A stretch of DNA of 64,000 nucleotides, taken from positions 260,396 through 324,395 of the forward strand of contig OY970378.1 in assembly GCA_963718875.1 (NCBI GenBank). Direction: 5' to 3'. Every line of letters begins with the position of its first letter. The first letter of the stretch is position 1. The translations under genes were made by a program, and so were the position numbers. Origin of the DNA: Candidatus Parcubacteria bacterium. Lineage in GTDB: Bacteria > Patescibacteriota > Saccharimonadia > UBA4664 > JBIOIQ01. The notes under the pieces are model-generated. The model had not been told where the DNA came from and ran no database searches. It saw only the letters and a list, made by a program, of their open reading frames with translations. Below are positions 47,997-56,458 of the stretch, piece after piece.

Positions 47997-48454
47997 TGGA
48001 GTGCCCCAATTGTGGAGAGTCTGGACAGCCCGGTCATCACTGGTTGGCTGGGCAAGGATACGTCTGCTTCAACAAAGATGGGGGAGACGACGTTCCTCCT
48101 CCTGATATCCAGCTCTCGAAAGGAGCGGTAATGCCAGACACCGATGAGGTCCGTGTTTCGGATCTCCACCAGAGCTGTACTTTCAACGTCATCTACCATC
48201 CCACGAGCAACAGTCCGCTCTGTAACAAGCCCGCTACGTCGTTGGTGATGGTGACCGACGCTCCGCGCGTAAGCCAGCCGCCCAAGTGGCGGTGCGACGA
48301 GCACGAGGGCATGGTCAGCAGAGACGAGCGAGGAGAAGTTGTCACAGCCATGCCGCGTGAGCTGGCGGATTCGTTGACAGATCGCAGGCTTGGCAAGCCT
48401 GGCAACCCCATCCGGGCTTGGCTCGACATGCCGCCCCACGATGAGCCGTACTGA
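47996..48454 (+). CDS. Orphan Cys/His-rich protein
   Basis: TAATG coupling; CPNC, C...C...CDEH; internal AAGGAG-ATG at 48131 suggests an alternative start or two fused genes. Confidence 0.6.
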   Translation: MECPNCGESGQPGHHWLAGQGYVCFNKDGGDDVPPPDIQLSKGAVMPDTDEVRVSDLHQSCTFNVIYHPTSNSPLCNKPATSLVMVTDAPRVSQPPKWRCDEHEGMVSRDERGEVVTAMPRELADSLTDRRLGKPGNPIRAWLDMPPHDEPY

Positions 48455-48590
48455 TCGCTTGTAGCAAGCCTCGCCGTTCACCTTCTGGGTGGGCGGCGGG
48501 GCCGATTCCCAAGTCTGTTAACGCAAGTTAATTGGCTTAGTAGTCGAAAGACTGATTTACATTCCCACAACCGCTCTCGAAAGGAGCATC

Positions 48591-49232
48591 ATGCGAACTC
48601 TGTCAAGTTTGGAGTACAGCGAAGCCAGGCTGCTTCTCGAGTACATCGTCGATCAAGCTGGAGATGCCAAGGTTGCAATCTGCGTAGTGGACGCAACCGG
48701 CAAGCTTTTGGCTGCGGCTTCAATCAACGGCGCCGCCTCTCACTACATGACCTTCGCCCTGGCCAAAGCCATCACCGGTCTTCACGAAGAGGATGACACG
48801 GCTGGTTTCCGCCACGATCAGCCTGACCACAGCAGTTGGGTCCCGAAGGAAGAAGGCCAAGGCTGGTCCGAGGGGGAACTAATTCTTGCCGCGCAGCTCA
48901 GCCCAGGCTTCTGCGGCTGGGCAGGGGGCTCAGTCGTAATAGATCCTTCCGAAGAGCTTCACATCTGTGGCTCCATCGGTGTCAGCGGTTTGATGGAGTT
49001 GGAGGATCAAGAGTTGGCGGACAAGCTGCCTGCCCGATTGGTAGCTTTGATACTTACATCGCTATCGCAGCATAGCCTCGCCGTTCACCTCCGGGTGGGC
49101 GGCGGGGCCGATTCCCAAGTTAGTTATAAAGTTAACTGGTTTAGGAATCGAAAAAAGCTGGGCTCGACTGGATACGGGCTTGACTACGTCAACCCTGGCT
49201 GCCCGATCGGTCGCAGTGTTCCCTCGGGCTAG
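48591..49232 (+). CDS. GlcG/HbpS-family heme-binding protein (C-terminus probably read-through)
   Basis: VAICVVDATG, ALAKA, GG.V and GSIGVSG...EDQELA motifs. Confidence 0.8.
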   Translation: MRTLSSLEYSEARLLLEYIVDQAGDAKVAICVVDATGKLLAAASINGAASHYMTFALAKAITGLHEEDDTAGFRHDQPDHSSWVPKEEGQGWSEGELILAAQLSPGFCGWAGGSVVIDPSEELHICGSIGVSGLMELEDQELADKLPARLVALILTSLSQHSLAVHLRVGGGADSQVSYKVNWFRNRKKLGSTGYGLDYVNPGCPIGRSVPSG

Positions 49233-49317
49233 TCGAACCGGCAGAAGATCGCCGGTTCGAACATTCGCTAGCGCTCATTAAGAAAAGCCGACAACCACAA
49301 GGGTCATCGGCTTTTCT

Positions 49318-49394
49318 TGGCGGGCTCGACCGGATTCGAACCGGCGATCTTCTCCGTGACAGGGAGACATGTTGGGCCTCTACACCACGAGCCC
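49318..49394 (-). tRNA. tRNA-Asp(GTC)
   Basis: GGGCTCG...TCTCC-CTGTCAC-GGAGA...GTTCGAATCCGGTCGAGCCCGCCA. Confidence 0.97.
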
Positions 49395-49665
49395 TTGTCG
49401 CTTGTAATCTCGAGCGCGCTTCGGCGGCGACCTTTCCGCCTCGCCTCGCCGTACGTTTCGAGTACGGCTTGTTACGATGCTCAAGGTCTTCTTGAATCGC
49501 ATCTCTATATTCTAAGCTTCCGTTGTACAAAATGCCGCGGACGTGCCAGCAAATTAACTGCTCAATCTTAGCAGAGTCGGCAGGGTAGTTCAACTTAGCC
49601 TAGAGTGGTAATGTTTGTTAGTGGTATAATAAAACACAATAATTGTAGAAAGAGCGTAATACACA

Positions 49666-49974
49666 ATGGCAAATCAGGGTTCAAAGCAGAGTTTAGATGG
49701 TATTGTCCGGACTAAGCCAGCAAATCAAGGGGTCGTAAGGGCTAAGCCAGTGGAGCCTATCGCGCCGCCACCGCCTAAACCTCCCAGATTACAGCCAAGG
49801 CCGGTAGTGGCCGAACCACCTCAGCCCGTTCTAGCGGAGTCGTCTCGGCCAGCAGAGGAGGAAGTGGTTAAAAAAAGCCGATTTCGTAAAATCATTAAAA
49901 CTGTAGTGGTTTTGTTGGTGCTAGCGACTTTTGGATTTGGAATTTGGTGGGTGTATTTGTCATATTTTGCATAA
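49666..49974 (+). CDS. Pro-rich, C-terminally membrane-anchored protein
   Basis: SLDGI motif, Pro-rich linker, C-terminal TM. Confidence 0.7.
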   Translation: MANQGSKQSLDGIVRTKPANQGVVRAKPVEPIAPPPPKPPRLQPRPVVAEPPQPVLAESSRPAEEEVVKKSRFRKIIKTVVVLLVLATFGFGIWWVYLSYFA

Positions 49975-50073
49975 CCAAAACTGACATAATTAACATGAGC
50001 ATTGTTTGTAGGAAGATCTAATGTTTTGAGGTTTAACCTGAGTGATACTAAACATGTATTAACGAGGGGTAAA

Positions 50074-50235
50074 ATGGTGAGCAATTCACGAGGGAGCAAA
50101 GTAAAATCAAGAAATCAAAAGCTTGAAGGCGATGTGTTTTGGATGAACCTAGAGGAGGCCAAGCAGGCTATTGCCGACAAGTACGAATACTTGGGTGACA
50201 GATATGAAGTTAAAACGCCCAAAAAGCCTATTTAA
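50074..50235 (+). CDS. Small hypothetical protein (53 aa)
   Basis: GAGGGG SD; followed by a terminator-like hairpin. Confidence 0.45.
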   Translation: MVSNSRGSKVKSRNQKLEGDVFWMNLEEAKQAIADKYEYLGDRYEVKTPKKPI

Positions 50236-50297
50236 GACTATCAAAATAACAAAAAAGACCGGGCTTAGCTCCTGGTCTTTTTTTGTTGAATAAATCC

Positions 50298-50373
50298 TGG
50301 AGCCACCTATCGGATTTGAACCGATGACCTTTGCTTTACGAAAGCACTGCTCTACCAACTGAGCTAAGGTGGC
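50298..50373 (-). tRNA. tRNA-Thr(CGT)
   Basis: GCCACCTTAGCTCAGTTGGTAGAGC...TTCGTAA...GGTTCAAATCCGATAGGTGGCTCCA. Confidence 0.95.
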
Positions 50374-50630
50374 TCGTCGAAAACGCATTTCAGACTACAT
50401 AATGTGCCCAAAGCATATTATTCCGCCTTGCACGCGTTTCCTCCTCTAAACAAGTCAAACGGCCGGGCGGCCTGATTTGACTTGTTTTTGGACGCATTAC
50501 TAGAATTTACGAAGAGAAGGCTATATTAGCATATCAAGCTCATGTAAGTAACGCCACAAAGAGAAGCGCCCCTCGAAAGTCCCGGCAAGAGGATTTTCGA
50601 GGGGCGAGGGGACGGGTTGGGCGGTGCTTG

Positions 50631-50984
50631 TCAGCCGCGGGGGCAGTTGGGTGTGTTGGCGGGGCTATTGCTCCAATTCCGGTAGTCGGGACTGGCCGGT
50701 TGGCCGGCAGCGGCCAGGGCGCGGTTGATGGCGGCCTGGACCAGAGCGTAGAAGCGGAGGCTGGCTTCGAACGCAGGCTGGTTGGTGCCCTCGAGGTTGC
50801 AGGTGCTTGCCACGATGGTTTGCTCGAGAGAGTAGGCCCCGGCAAACCCGGACGGGGCCACGATGGGGGCGGGAGGACCGCCATTGGGATCGCCACCAGC
50901 CCAGGCGGGCGTGCCCAGCGAGAGGACGGCAGTGACAGTGATGGCTGTGGCGGCGATGAAACCGCGGATCAGAGAACGCCTCAT
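50631..50984 (-). CDS. GC-rich secreted orphan protein
   Basis: Signal peptide ending TPAWA; two Cys; downstream hairpin. Confidence 0.65.
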   Translation of the reverse strand: MRRSLIRGFIAATAITVTAVLSLGTPAWAGGDPNGGPPAPIVAPSGFAGAYSLEQTIVASTCNLEGTNQPAFEASLRFYALVQAAINRALAAAGQPASPDYRNWSNSPANTPNCPRG

Positions 50985-51221
50985 GGAAGGTACCTTTCGG
51001 TCGGCGTCACATTGTTGTGACGTTTGTTATACCCAGCAGGTTACCAAAAGTTTCAATAATTATCTAAGTTGAGCGTAAAACCTATCAGGTTGTGGTGCGG
51101 AAGTAAGTAAAAAACTTAGAGACTCGTCTCCTGGAGGCAGGCTTGTTCGACGGAAATATTTAACCACAACTGGTATTATTAAGTTTGAAACTTTTTGGCT
51201 GGACATGGATATAAAGGGTGT

Positions 51222-51749
51222 ATGGACGAACTAGAGACTATAAAACGCGTTAAGGGTGGGGACGATGCAAGCTACGCTGAGCTTATTGAAGCCTACCAGC
51301 GCGGGCTGATTCGTTACTGCTATACCATAACTAAGGATATTGATGTGGCCGAAGACATAGCTCAGGAGGCATTCATAAAAGCCTACGAACAGATAGAAAA
51401 GTATGATCCTAAGTACAAGTTTTCAACTTGGTTATACAAAATTGCTCATAATGGGGCTCTCAAAAGCTTGCGCAAGGCTCCAGTCCTGCCATTCGATGAA
51501 GAGGTAGAGATCCCGTTTGAAGACCAAACGCAGGATAAAATTGATATTGAGGTCAGAGAGTCAACGGTTCGGGAAGCTGTCTCCTCTTTGCCCCAGCATT
51601 ATCAGATGGCCGTTAATTTGCACTACTGGGAGGACAAAGATTATACGGAAATAGCTGAAATTATGAGTGTGCCCGCTACAACCATTAAGACCTGGCTGTA
51701 TCGGGCAAGGTTGGCTGTAAAGGAGAAGTGCTATGAGCTCGCTCGATAA
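51222..51749 (+). CDS. ECF RNA polymerase sigma factor
   Basis: AEDIAQEAFIKAY, FSTWLYKIA, EIAEIM and TIKTWLYRAR motifs. Confidence 0.93.
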   Translation: MDELETIKRVKGGDDASYAELIEAYQRGLIRYCYTITKDIDVAEDIAQEAFIKAYEQIEKYDPKYKFSTWLYKIAHNGALKSLRKAPVLPFDEEVEIPFEDQTQDKIDIEVRESTVREAVSSLPQHYQMAVNLHYWEDKDYTEIAEIMSVPATTIKTWLYRARLAVKEKCYELAR

Positions 51750-53166
51750 GATGTTAAGTAAATCTGCTCCAGATAGCTTGCGCCAAACGTCGCTGGTAAA
51801 CCCGGTTATGGCAAAAATCAAACAGCGCAAAGCTCGGGCCAAATTAGTAAATCGTGCTTTAGTGGGTTGTCTGGTAATCGGACTACTGGCATTGCTGGCT
51901 GCGCTCATAAAAGGCAACACTTTTGACGTAGTCAATTTAGCTGTACACAAAGTTAGTTCATTACAAGCTCATCCTGGCCTTTATGCTCGGGCTTTACTCG
52001 AGACTTTGCCGTGGCCATTGATAGGTACGGTTGCCGGAATTGCATTGTTGGCACGCATTATGCAGCGGAACAAAGTTGCCATTACTCGTCATGCAACGGC
52101 TGCCATGAGCGTCGCTGCCGGAGCCATGCTAGTAACCGCCAGCGCCTCGGCAGCCACCATTGTGACGACCGACAGTCAACCTGGTCCGGTACAACAGCAG
52201 TTGGAGCGCACGGTCAACGGAATTGGTAAGCAACAGGTTACCATTAACGGCCACACTTACGATTTTAGTCCTGGTTTGACCGATGAGCAGATTCTCGGTC
52301 AGGTAGAAATGGCCGAGTTTGCTCGGCTTAATAAAGAGCTCAATGTGGCTACAGGTGGATCAGATGGCGGAACTTTAGGGTGTATGTGCAAAGTAACGGC
52401 TATATCACCGACATCAATCAGTTTTGGCCCATACATTGATACTCCTGGAACGCTGCCGTTTAATCCCGATACCTATACTCTTACGGGCCAAACTATCTAT
52501 CTGGTCGGCGCAACCAAGGTACCTAAATATGAGCTTTTGGTAGGGGATTTGGTGGTGGTTGCTCCAAATGTGGACCTGAAGACAGCAGCTTATGTGGCAA
52601 AGCTCGACCTGTCCTACGATGCATATTTCTATGCCGGTGGTTTTTCCACGGTGGCGGCGGCACATCGCAGCGATGGTAAGTGTTACAACAATGAGGCGGA
52701 TAAATGCCCCAATATTCCGGCTGTTCAAGAGTTATTTAACACGGCTCAGTATGACATTCTGCCTGATGACGCAGTTGTAAGAGAGGTGTTTGGGCAGATG
52801 ATTAGCTTTGATGCTGATAATGTAAAGGTTAAAACTAGCTCGGGAGCAGTGTGGACGTTTAGCGCCGGCGATTCCATCACTGCTCATAATCAGGCTGGTT
52901 ACACTTCCATCTACTCGAACAAACCAAACCGTGATTTTCAGATTAAACCAGGAGATTATTTGAGAATTGAGTTTTGGCAGCATAAAAAAGATTTGGCCAA
53001 ACGGGAGGTTATTAGCCAGGCTTTTAAAGGTACGAATGGTGAGGCGCGCGAGTTAGCTTTGCAGGGTAAGCTAGATCTGCATCCAGAGACATACATACGC
53101 GCGGTGCAAGTAGCTCTACAGAAGCCCTGGAACTATGAAGGTATCCCGCTTAAATTTAAGCCCTAA
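51733..53166 (+). CDS. Membrane protein with large extracytoplasmic domain (putative anti-sigma factor)
   Basis: Overlaps the sigma stop; short cytoplasmic N-terminus, about 3 hydrophobic segments. Confidence 0.6.
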   Translation: MSSLDKMLSKSAPDSLRQTSLVNPVMAKIKQRKARAKLVNRALVGCLVIGLLALLAALIKGNTFDVVNLAVHKVSSLQAHPGLYARALLETLPWPLIGTVAGIALLARIMQRNKVAITRHATAAMSVAAGAMLVTASASAATIVTTDSQPGPVQQQLERTVNGIGKQQVTINGHTYDFSPGLTDEQILGQVEMAEFARLNKELNVATGGSDGGTLGCMCKVTAISPTSISFGPYIDTPGTLPFNPDTYTLTGQTIYLVGATKVPKYELLVGDLVVVAPNVDLKTAAYVAKLDLSYDAYFYAGGFSTVAAAHRSDGKCYNNEADKCPNIPAVQELFNTAQYDILPDDAVVREVFGQMISFDADNVKVKTSSGAVWTFSAGDSITAHNQAGYTSIYSNKPNRDFQIKPGDYLRIEFWQHKKDLAKREVISQAFKGTNGEARELALQGKLDLHPETYIRAVQVALQKPWNYEGIPLKFKP

Positions 53167-53178
53167 TATAAGGAGAAT

Positions 53179-53940
53179 ATGATGAAAAAAAGATTCAAAT
53201 CTCAACATGGAAGTTTGTTAATCGAGGTCGCATTAGCGCTGATAGTTTTAGGAGCAATTGGAGGAGCCATTTACACTTCCCAGCAAGCTAAAAGGAGCCA
53301 AGTAGCGGTAAAATCGTCCACAACTGAGTCTGAATCCTCGGCTGCAACTGAATATAAGGGGTGGAAAAGCTATACGTCACGCGATGAAGGCCTAACGTTT
53401 AAATATCCGTCTGATTGGCGGATAGAAGTAACTAGCGATGGGCTCTACGATAAGGCAATCTTAACTAGCCCCAATGGTATGGCTCTGCGCTACATGGCGG
53501 ATGTTTCCGGGCTTGGCGGTGGGTGCATGTCGCCCGAATGTCCAGATGTAGCAACTTATAAGCTGGAAAAGATAGCCGATACAAATTCTCCTACAGACTT
53601 ATATTATGTTGAAGGCAGCATTAAGAGTAATGCTAACGGAGATAAACTTAAAAACTTGTATGTACCTCGTATGGGTATCATAAGCAAAACCGAGGGGACT
53701 GAATTGCCAAAAATCGGAGAAGAGCTTGATAGATACCCTTACTATATTTTTGCGCAGAAAAGGAAAAAGCCCACAGGCGAGTTTAAAAGTAACCTGTTTG
53801 GATTGTTTTTCGAAATATATCCTACTCAAGAATCAGATGCGTTGAAGTGGGGATTTGATTCCAAGGCCAAAGTTCAACAGTTCCTCAACTCCAAAGACGC
53901 ACAGACAGCCAAATTAATTTTTAAATCGACCAAGTACTAA
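53179..53940 (+). CDS. Pilin-like N-terminus plus PsbP-like extracellular domain
   Basis: QHGSLLIEVALALIVLG; WKSYTS...TFKYPSDW. Confidence 0.7.
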   Translation: MMKKRFKSQHGSLLIEVALALIVLGAIGGAIYTSQQAKRSQVAVKSSTTESESSAATEYKGWKSYTSRDEGLTFKYPSDWRIEVTSDGLYDKAILTSPNGMALRYMADVSGLGGGCMSPECPDVATYKLEKIADTNSPTDLYYVEGSIKSNANGDKLKNLYVPRMGIISKTEGTELPKIGEELDRYPYYIFAQKRKKPTGEFKSNLFGLFFEIYPTQESDALKWGFDSKAKVQQFLNSKDAQTAKLIFKSTKY

Positions 53941-54187
53941 GTGACTGATTCGCAACCGGCGTTACTTCAATAGCATCACTATGACAAGAGAACAGTCCCA
54001 GGTAATTTGAGGCTGTTTTCTTGGAGCGAGTGACGGGAATGTGTCTGGCGCCACCTCCCTGTGGTGCTCGGTATGATCTCAAGCAAGCTTGGCTCAACCT
54101 GCGCTCCTCGTCCATCGGACCTAAAGGTCCGCTTCCCGCACCCAGCTTAGCAAGAAAATACCCCGAGACTAGCTCAGGGTATTTTCT

Positions 54188-54261
54188 TGGAGCGAGTGAC
54201 GGGAATCGAACCCGTGACTCGACCTTGGGAAGGTCGCATTTTACCCCTAAACTACACTCGC
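54188..54261 (-). tRNA. tRNA-Gly(CCC)
   Basis: GCGAGTG...CGACC-TTCCCAA-GGTCG...GTTCGATTCCCGTCACTCGCTCCA. Confidence 0.96.
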
Positions 54262-54334
54262 GCGCGCGATTGCTATCATACTGCACCATACTGGTTCGCA
54301 GCAATGGTTAAGGCCAGCTTTTACTGGTATAATC

Positions 54335-54742
54335 GTGCTTATGAATCGGCTTAGTCCCGGATCGATAAAAACTCAGTTGAGCGCTACCATGAACGAAATT
54401 CGCGGGTTGCGCTTTTTTCAAGATCATCTATCTTTGGCGTTGTTGTTACCTGCAATTGGGTTTAATATAACGGCTTTTATTGTGATGTTGGTACGAGTAC
54501 ACCCCACAAACTTTTTGGTACCCATACATTACTCTAATCTGGGTGGTTTTGATCAGCTGGGGCCATGGTATGCACCTTACCGCATAGCAGTATTTGGCCT
54601 AGTGGTTACTGTTTCAAATTCGGTATTAGCAGCGTACAGTTTTAGCCGTAGTCGGATTGTCAGCTTTTATTTATTAATCGGAGCATTTGTAGTGTCTTTG
54701 TTTTGTTTAATTATCGGCACTGCATTTGCGGTAGTAGTTTAG
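54335..54742 (+). CDS. 3-TM membrane protein (DUF1648-like)
   Basis: VPIHYS..GGFD..GPWY motif. Confidence 0.65.
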   Translation: MLMNRLSPGSIKTQLSATMNEIRGLRFFQDHLSLALLLPAIGFNITAFIVMLVRVHPTNFLVPIHYSNLGGFDQLGPWYAPYRIAVFGLVVTVSNSVLAAYSFSRSRIVSFYLLIGAFVVSLFCLIIGTAFAVVV

Positions 54743-54750
54743 GCGCTACC

Positions 54751-56439
54751 ATGGAAACATCTATTAAGCTGCATTTTGTAGATAGGCCATCAGTGGTGAG
54801 ATTTTTAGAAATTTTCCCGGGTTTGGTGTCGTGGCTTTTTTTATTGACACCGATTCTTTTGAGTTTGACACACCCGGTAATAGTAGCCTATTTCATCATT
54901 GCCTTTGACCTGTTTTGGCTTACTAAGTCATTGCGTTTAAGTTTTTACCTGGTGAGGGGTTACCGCAGATTGCATAAAAACCAAAAGGTAGACTGGGAAT
55001 CTAAGCTTCAAATATTGGAACATCTAGATCAAGCTTTGCTTGATACGGAAGCTAAGATTGATAAATTAGTACAAAAGTATCCCTCTATTATTAAAAGATG
55101 GTTTCGATCACCAAAAGCGGCTTTAAAGCGACCTCACTATCAGGCTTTGGTGCTTGAACTAAAAGATTTACAAGACTTATTAGATAGGCGAACAACGATT
55201 ATTAATCCCAAGGATTTGATAAACGTTGTAATAATTGCAACATATAATGAGAGTTTAAAAATTCTTCAACCTACAATTGAAGCAGTATTAAACACAAACT
55301 ACAGTAGCAAGCAGATCTGGCTGGTAATTGCATATGAGCAAAGGGGTGGTGATGAGATTGCCAAGAATGCTCATAAGTTAGTTGGGCAGTATAGTCAGCA
55401 GTTTGGTAAAGCTATGGCTATCGAACATCCTGATAATGTAGCAGGAGAATTTAAGGGAAAAGGGGCCAATATAACTTATGCTGGTAGGGAAGTGGCTAAA
55501 ATTGTTTTTGAACAAAAAATTGATCCGGAAAACGTTATTGTAACCACGCTCGATTCCGATAACCGTCCAGGTAGGGATTACTTTGCTAGTTTAAGTTATA
55601 TTTACGCTACCAATGTTAATCGAATCCGCAAATCATACCAACCGATTGCCATGTTTCTTAACAATATTTGGGATGCTCCGGCTCCTATGAGGGTTATTGC
55701 TACCGGAAATTCTTTTTGGAACATTGTGGAGTCGGTGCGGCCTCATCGCTTGCGTAATTTTGCGGCTCAGTCGCAAGGTCTGCAAACTTTACTTGATACA
55801 GATTTTTGGAGTGTTACGAGCATAGTTGAAGATGGCCACCAGTATTGGAGGACCTATTTTACCTATGATGGCGATCACCAAGTGGTGCCTTTGCCGACTC
55901 CGGTATATCAAGATGCAGTGCTGGCTGACGGTTATTTAAGAACCTTCAAGGTCCAGTATTTGCAGTTGCGCAGATGGGCTTCGGGTGTAACCGACTTTCC
56001 TTATGTGGTTCGGAATTCGATTAAAAATAACCGGATTCCGTGGTCTGACAAGCTGCTGCAAATTGGCCGCTTATTTGAAGGTCATTTTAGCTGGGCTACA
56101 GCGCCGCTTATTATTACATTCGTGGCCTGGTTGCCATTGTTTTTAAACCGGGGCTTTTCGGAATCGGTCTTGGCTCATGAACTGCCTATTATTGCTGGGT
56201 GGATTATGACGATTGCCTTGATTGGATTGTTTGTAACTATTTGGATAAGTATTATCTCGCTACCCCCCAAACCGGTTCGTTATCGCAGGACGAGGGCATT
56301 GGGGATGCTGGCTCAGTGGTTGTTGATGCCAGTAACAACCATTATTTTTAGTGCCACGGCAGCTTTAGACGCTCAGACTAGGATGATGATAGGGAAGTCG
56401 CTAGCGTTTGAGGTAACGGAAAAGGCTACTAAGGAATGA
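54751..56439 (+). CDS. Membrane glycosyltransferase family 2
   Basis: ATYNE, GKGAN, TTLDSD, IVED and QLRRW motifs. Confidence 0.9.
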   Translation: METSIKLHFVDRPSVVRFLEIFPGLVSWLFLLTPILLSLTHPVIVAYFIIAFDLFWLTKSLRLSFYLVRGYRRLHKNQKVDWESKLQILEHLDQALLDTEAKIDKLVQKYPSIIKRWFRSPKAALKRPHYQALVLELKDLQDLLDRRTTIINPKDLINVVIIATYNESLKILQPTIEAVLNTNYSSKQIWLVIAYEQRGGDEIAKNAHKLVGQYSQQFGKAMAIEHPDNVAGEFKGKGANITYAGREVAKIVFEQKIDPENVIVTTLDSDNRPGRDYFASLSYIYATNVNRIRKSYQPIAMFLNNIWDAPAPMRVIATGNSFWNIVESVRPHRLRNFAAQSQGLQTLLDTDFWSVTSIVEDGHQYWRTYFTYDGDHQVVPLPTPVYQDAVLADGYLRTFKVQYLQLRRWASGVTDFPYVVRNSIKNNRIPWSDKLLQIGRLFEGHFSWATAPLIITFVAWLPLFLNRGFSESVLAHELPIIAGWIMTIALIGLFVTIWISIISLPPKPVRYRRTRALGMLAQWLLMPVTTIIFSATAALDAQTRMMIGKSLAFEVTEKATKE

Positions 56440-56458
56440 TTGGTGTTGGGCTAATATC

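Larger units (their letters stand above)
31319..49394. mobile_element. tRNA-Asp-anchored tandem cassette array / accretion island with no integrase in the window
   Basis: Nine same-orientation att-like sites divide the region; rich in orphan genes; ends at the tRNA-Asp 3' end. Confidence 0.7.

Noticed and set aside
26823-49119. Classical integron (attC) interpretation of hairpins A, E, G and H
   Set aside because: No intI gene, no consistent RYYYAAC...GTTRRRY boxes seen, and cargo has its own promoters in both orientations.
26300-49300. Prophage
   Set aside because: No terminase, capsid, tail, lysis or replication genes are recognisable.
49189-49593. ORFs overlapping tRNAs (49189-49593, 49317-49571, 50149-50388, 53921-54304, 54021-54311)
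   Set aside because: Shadow translations of tRNA genes and their flanks.
51186-51211. ECF autoregulatory promoter TGAAAC-N16-GATA
   Set aside because: Plausible, but it is a single instance and the -10 element is a weak match.
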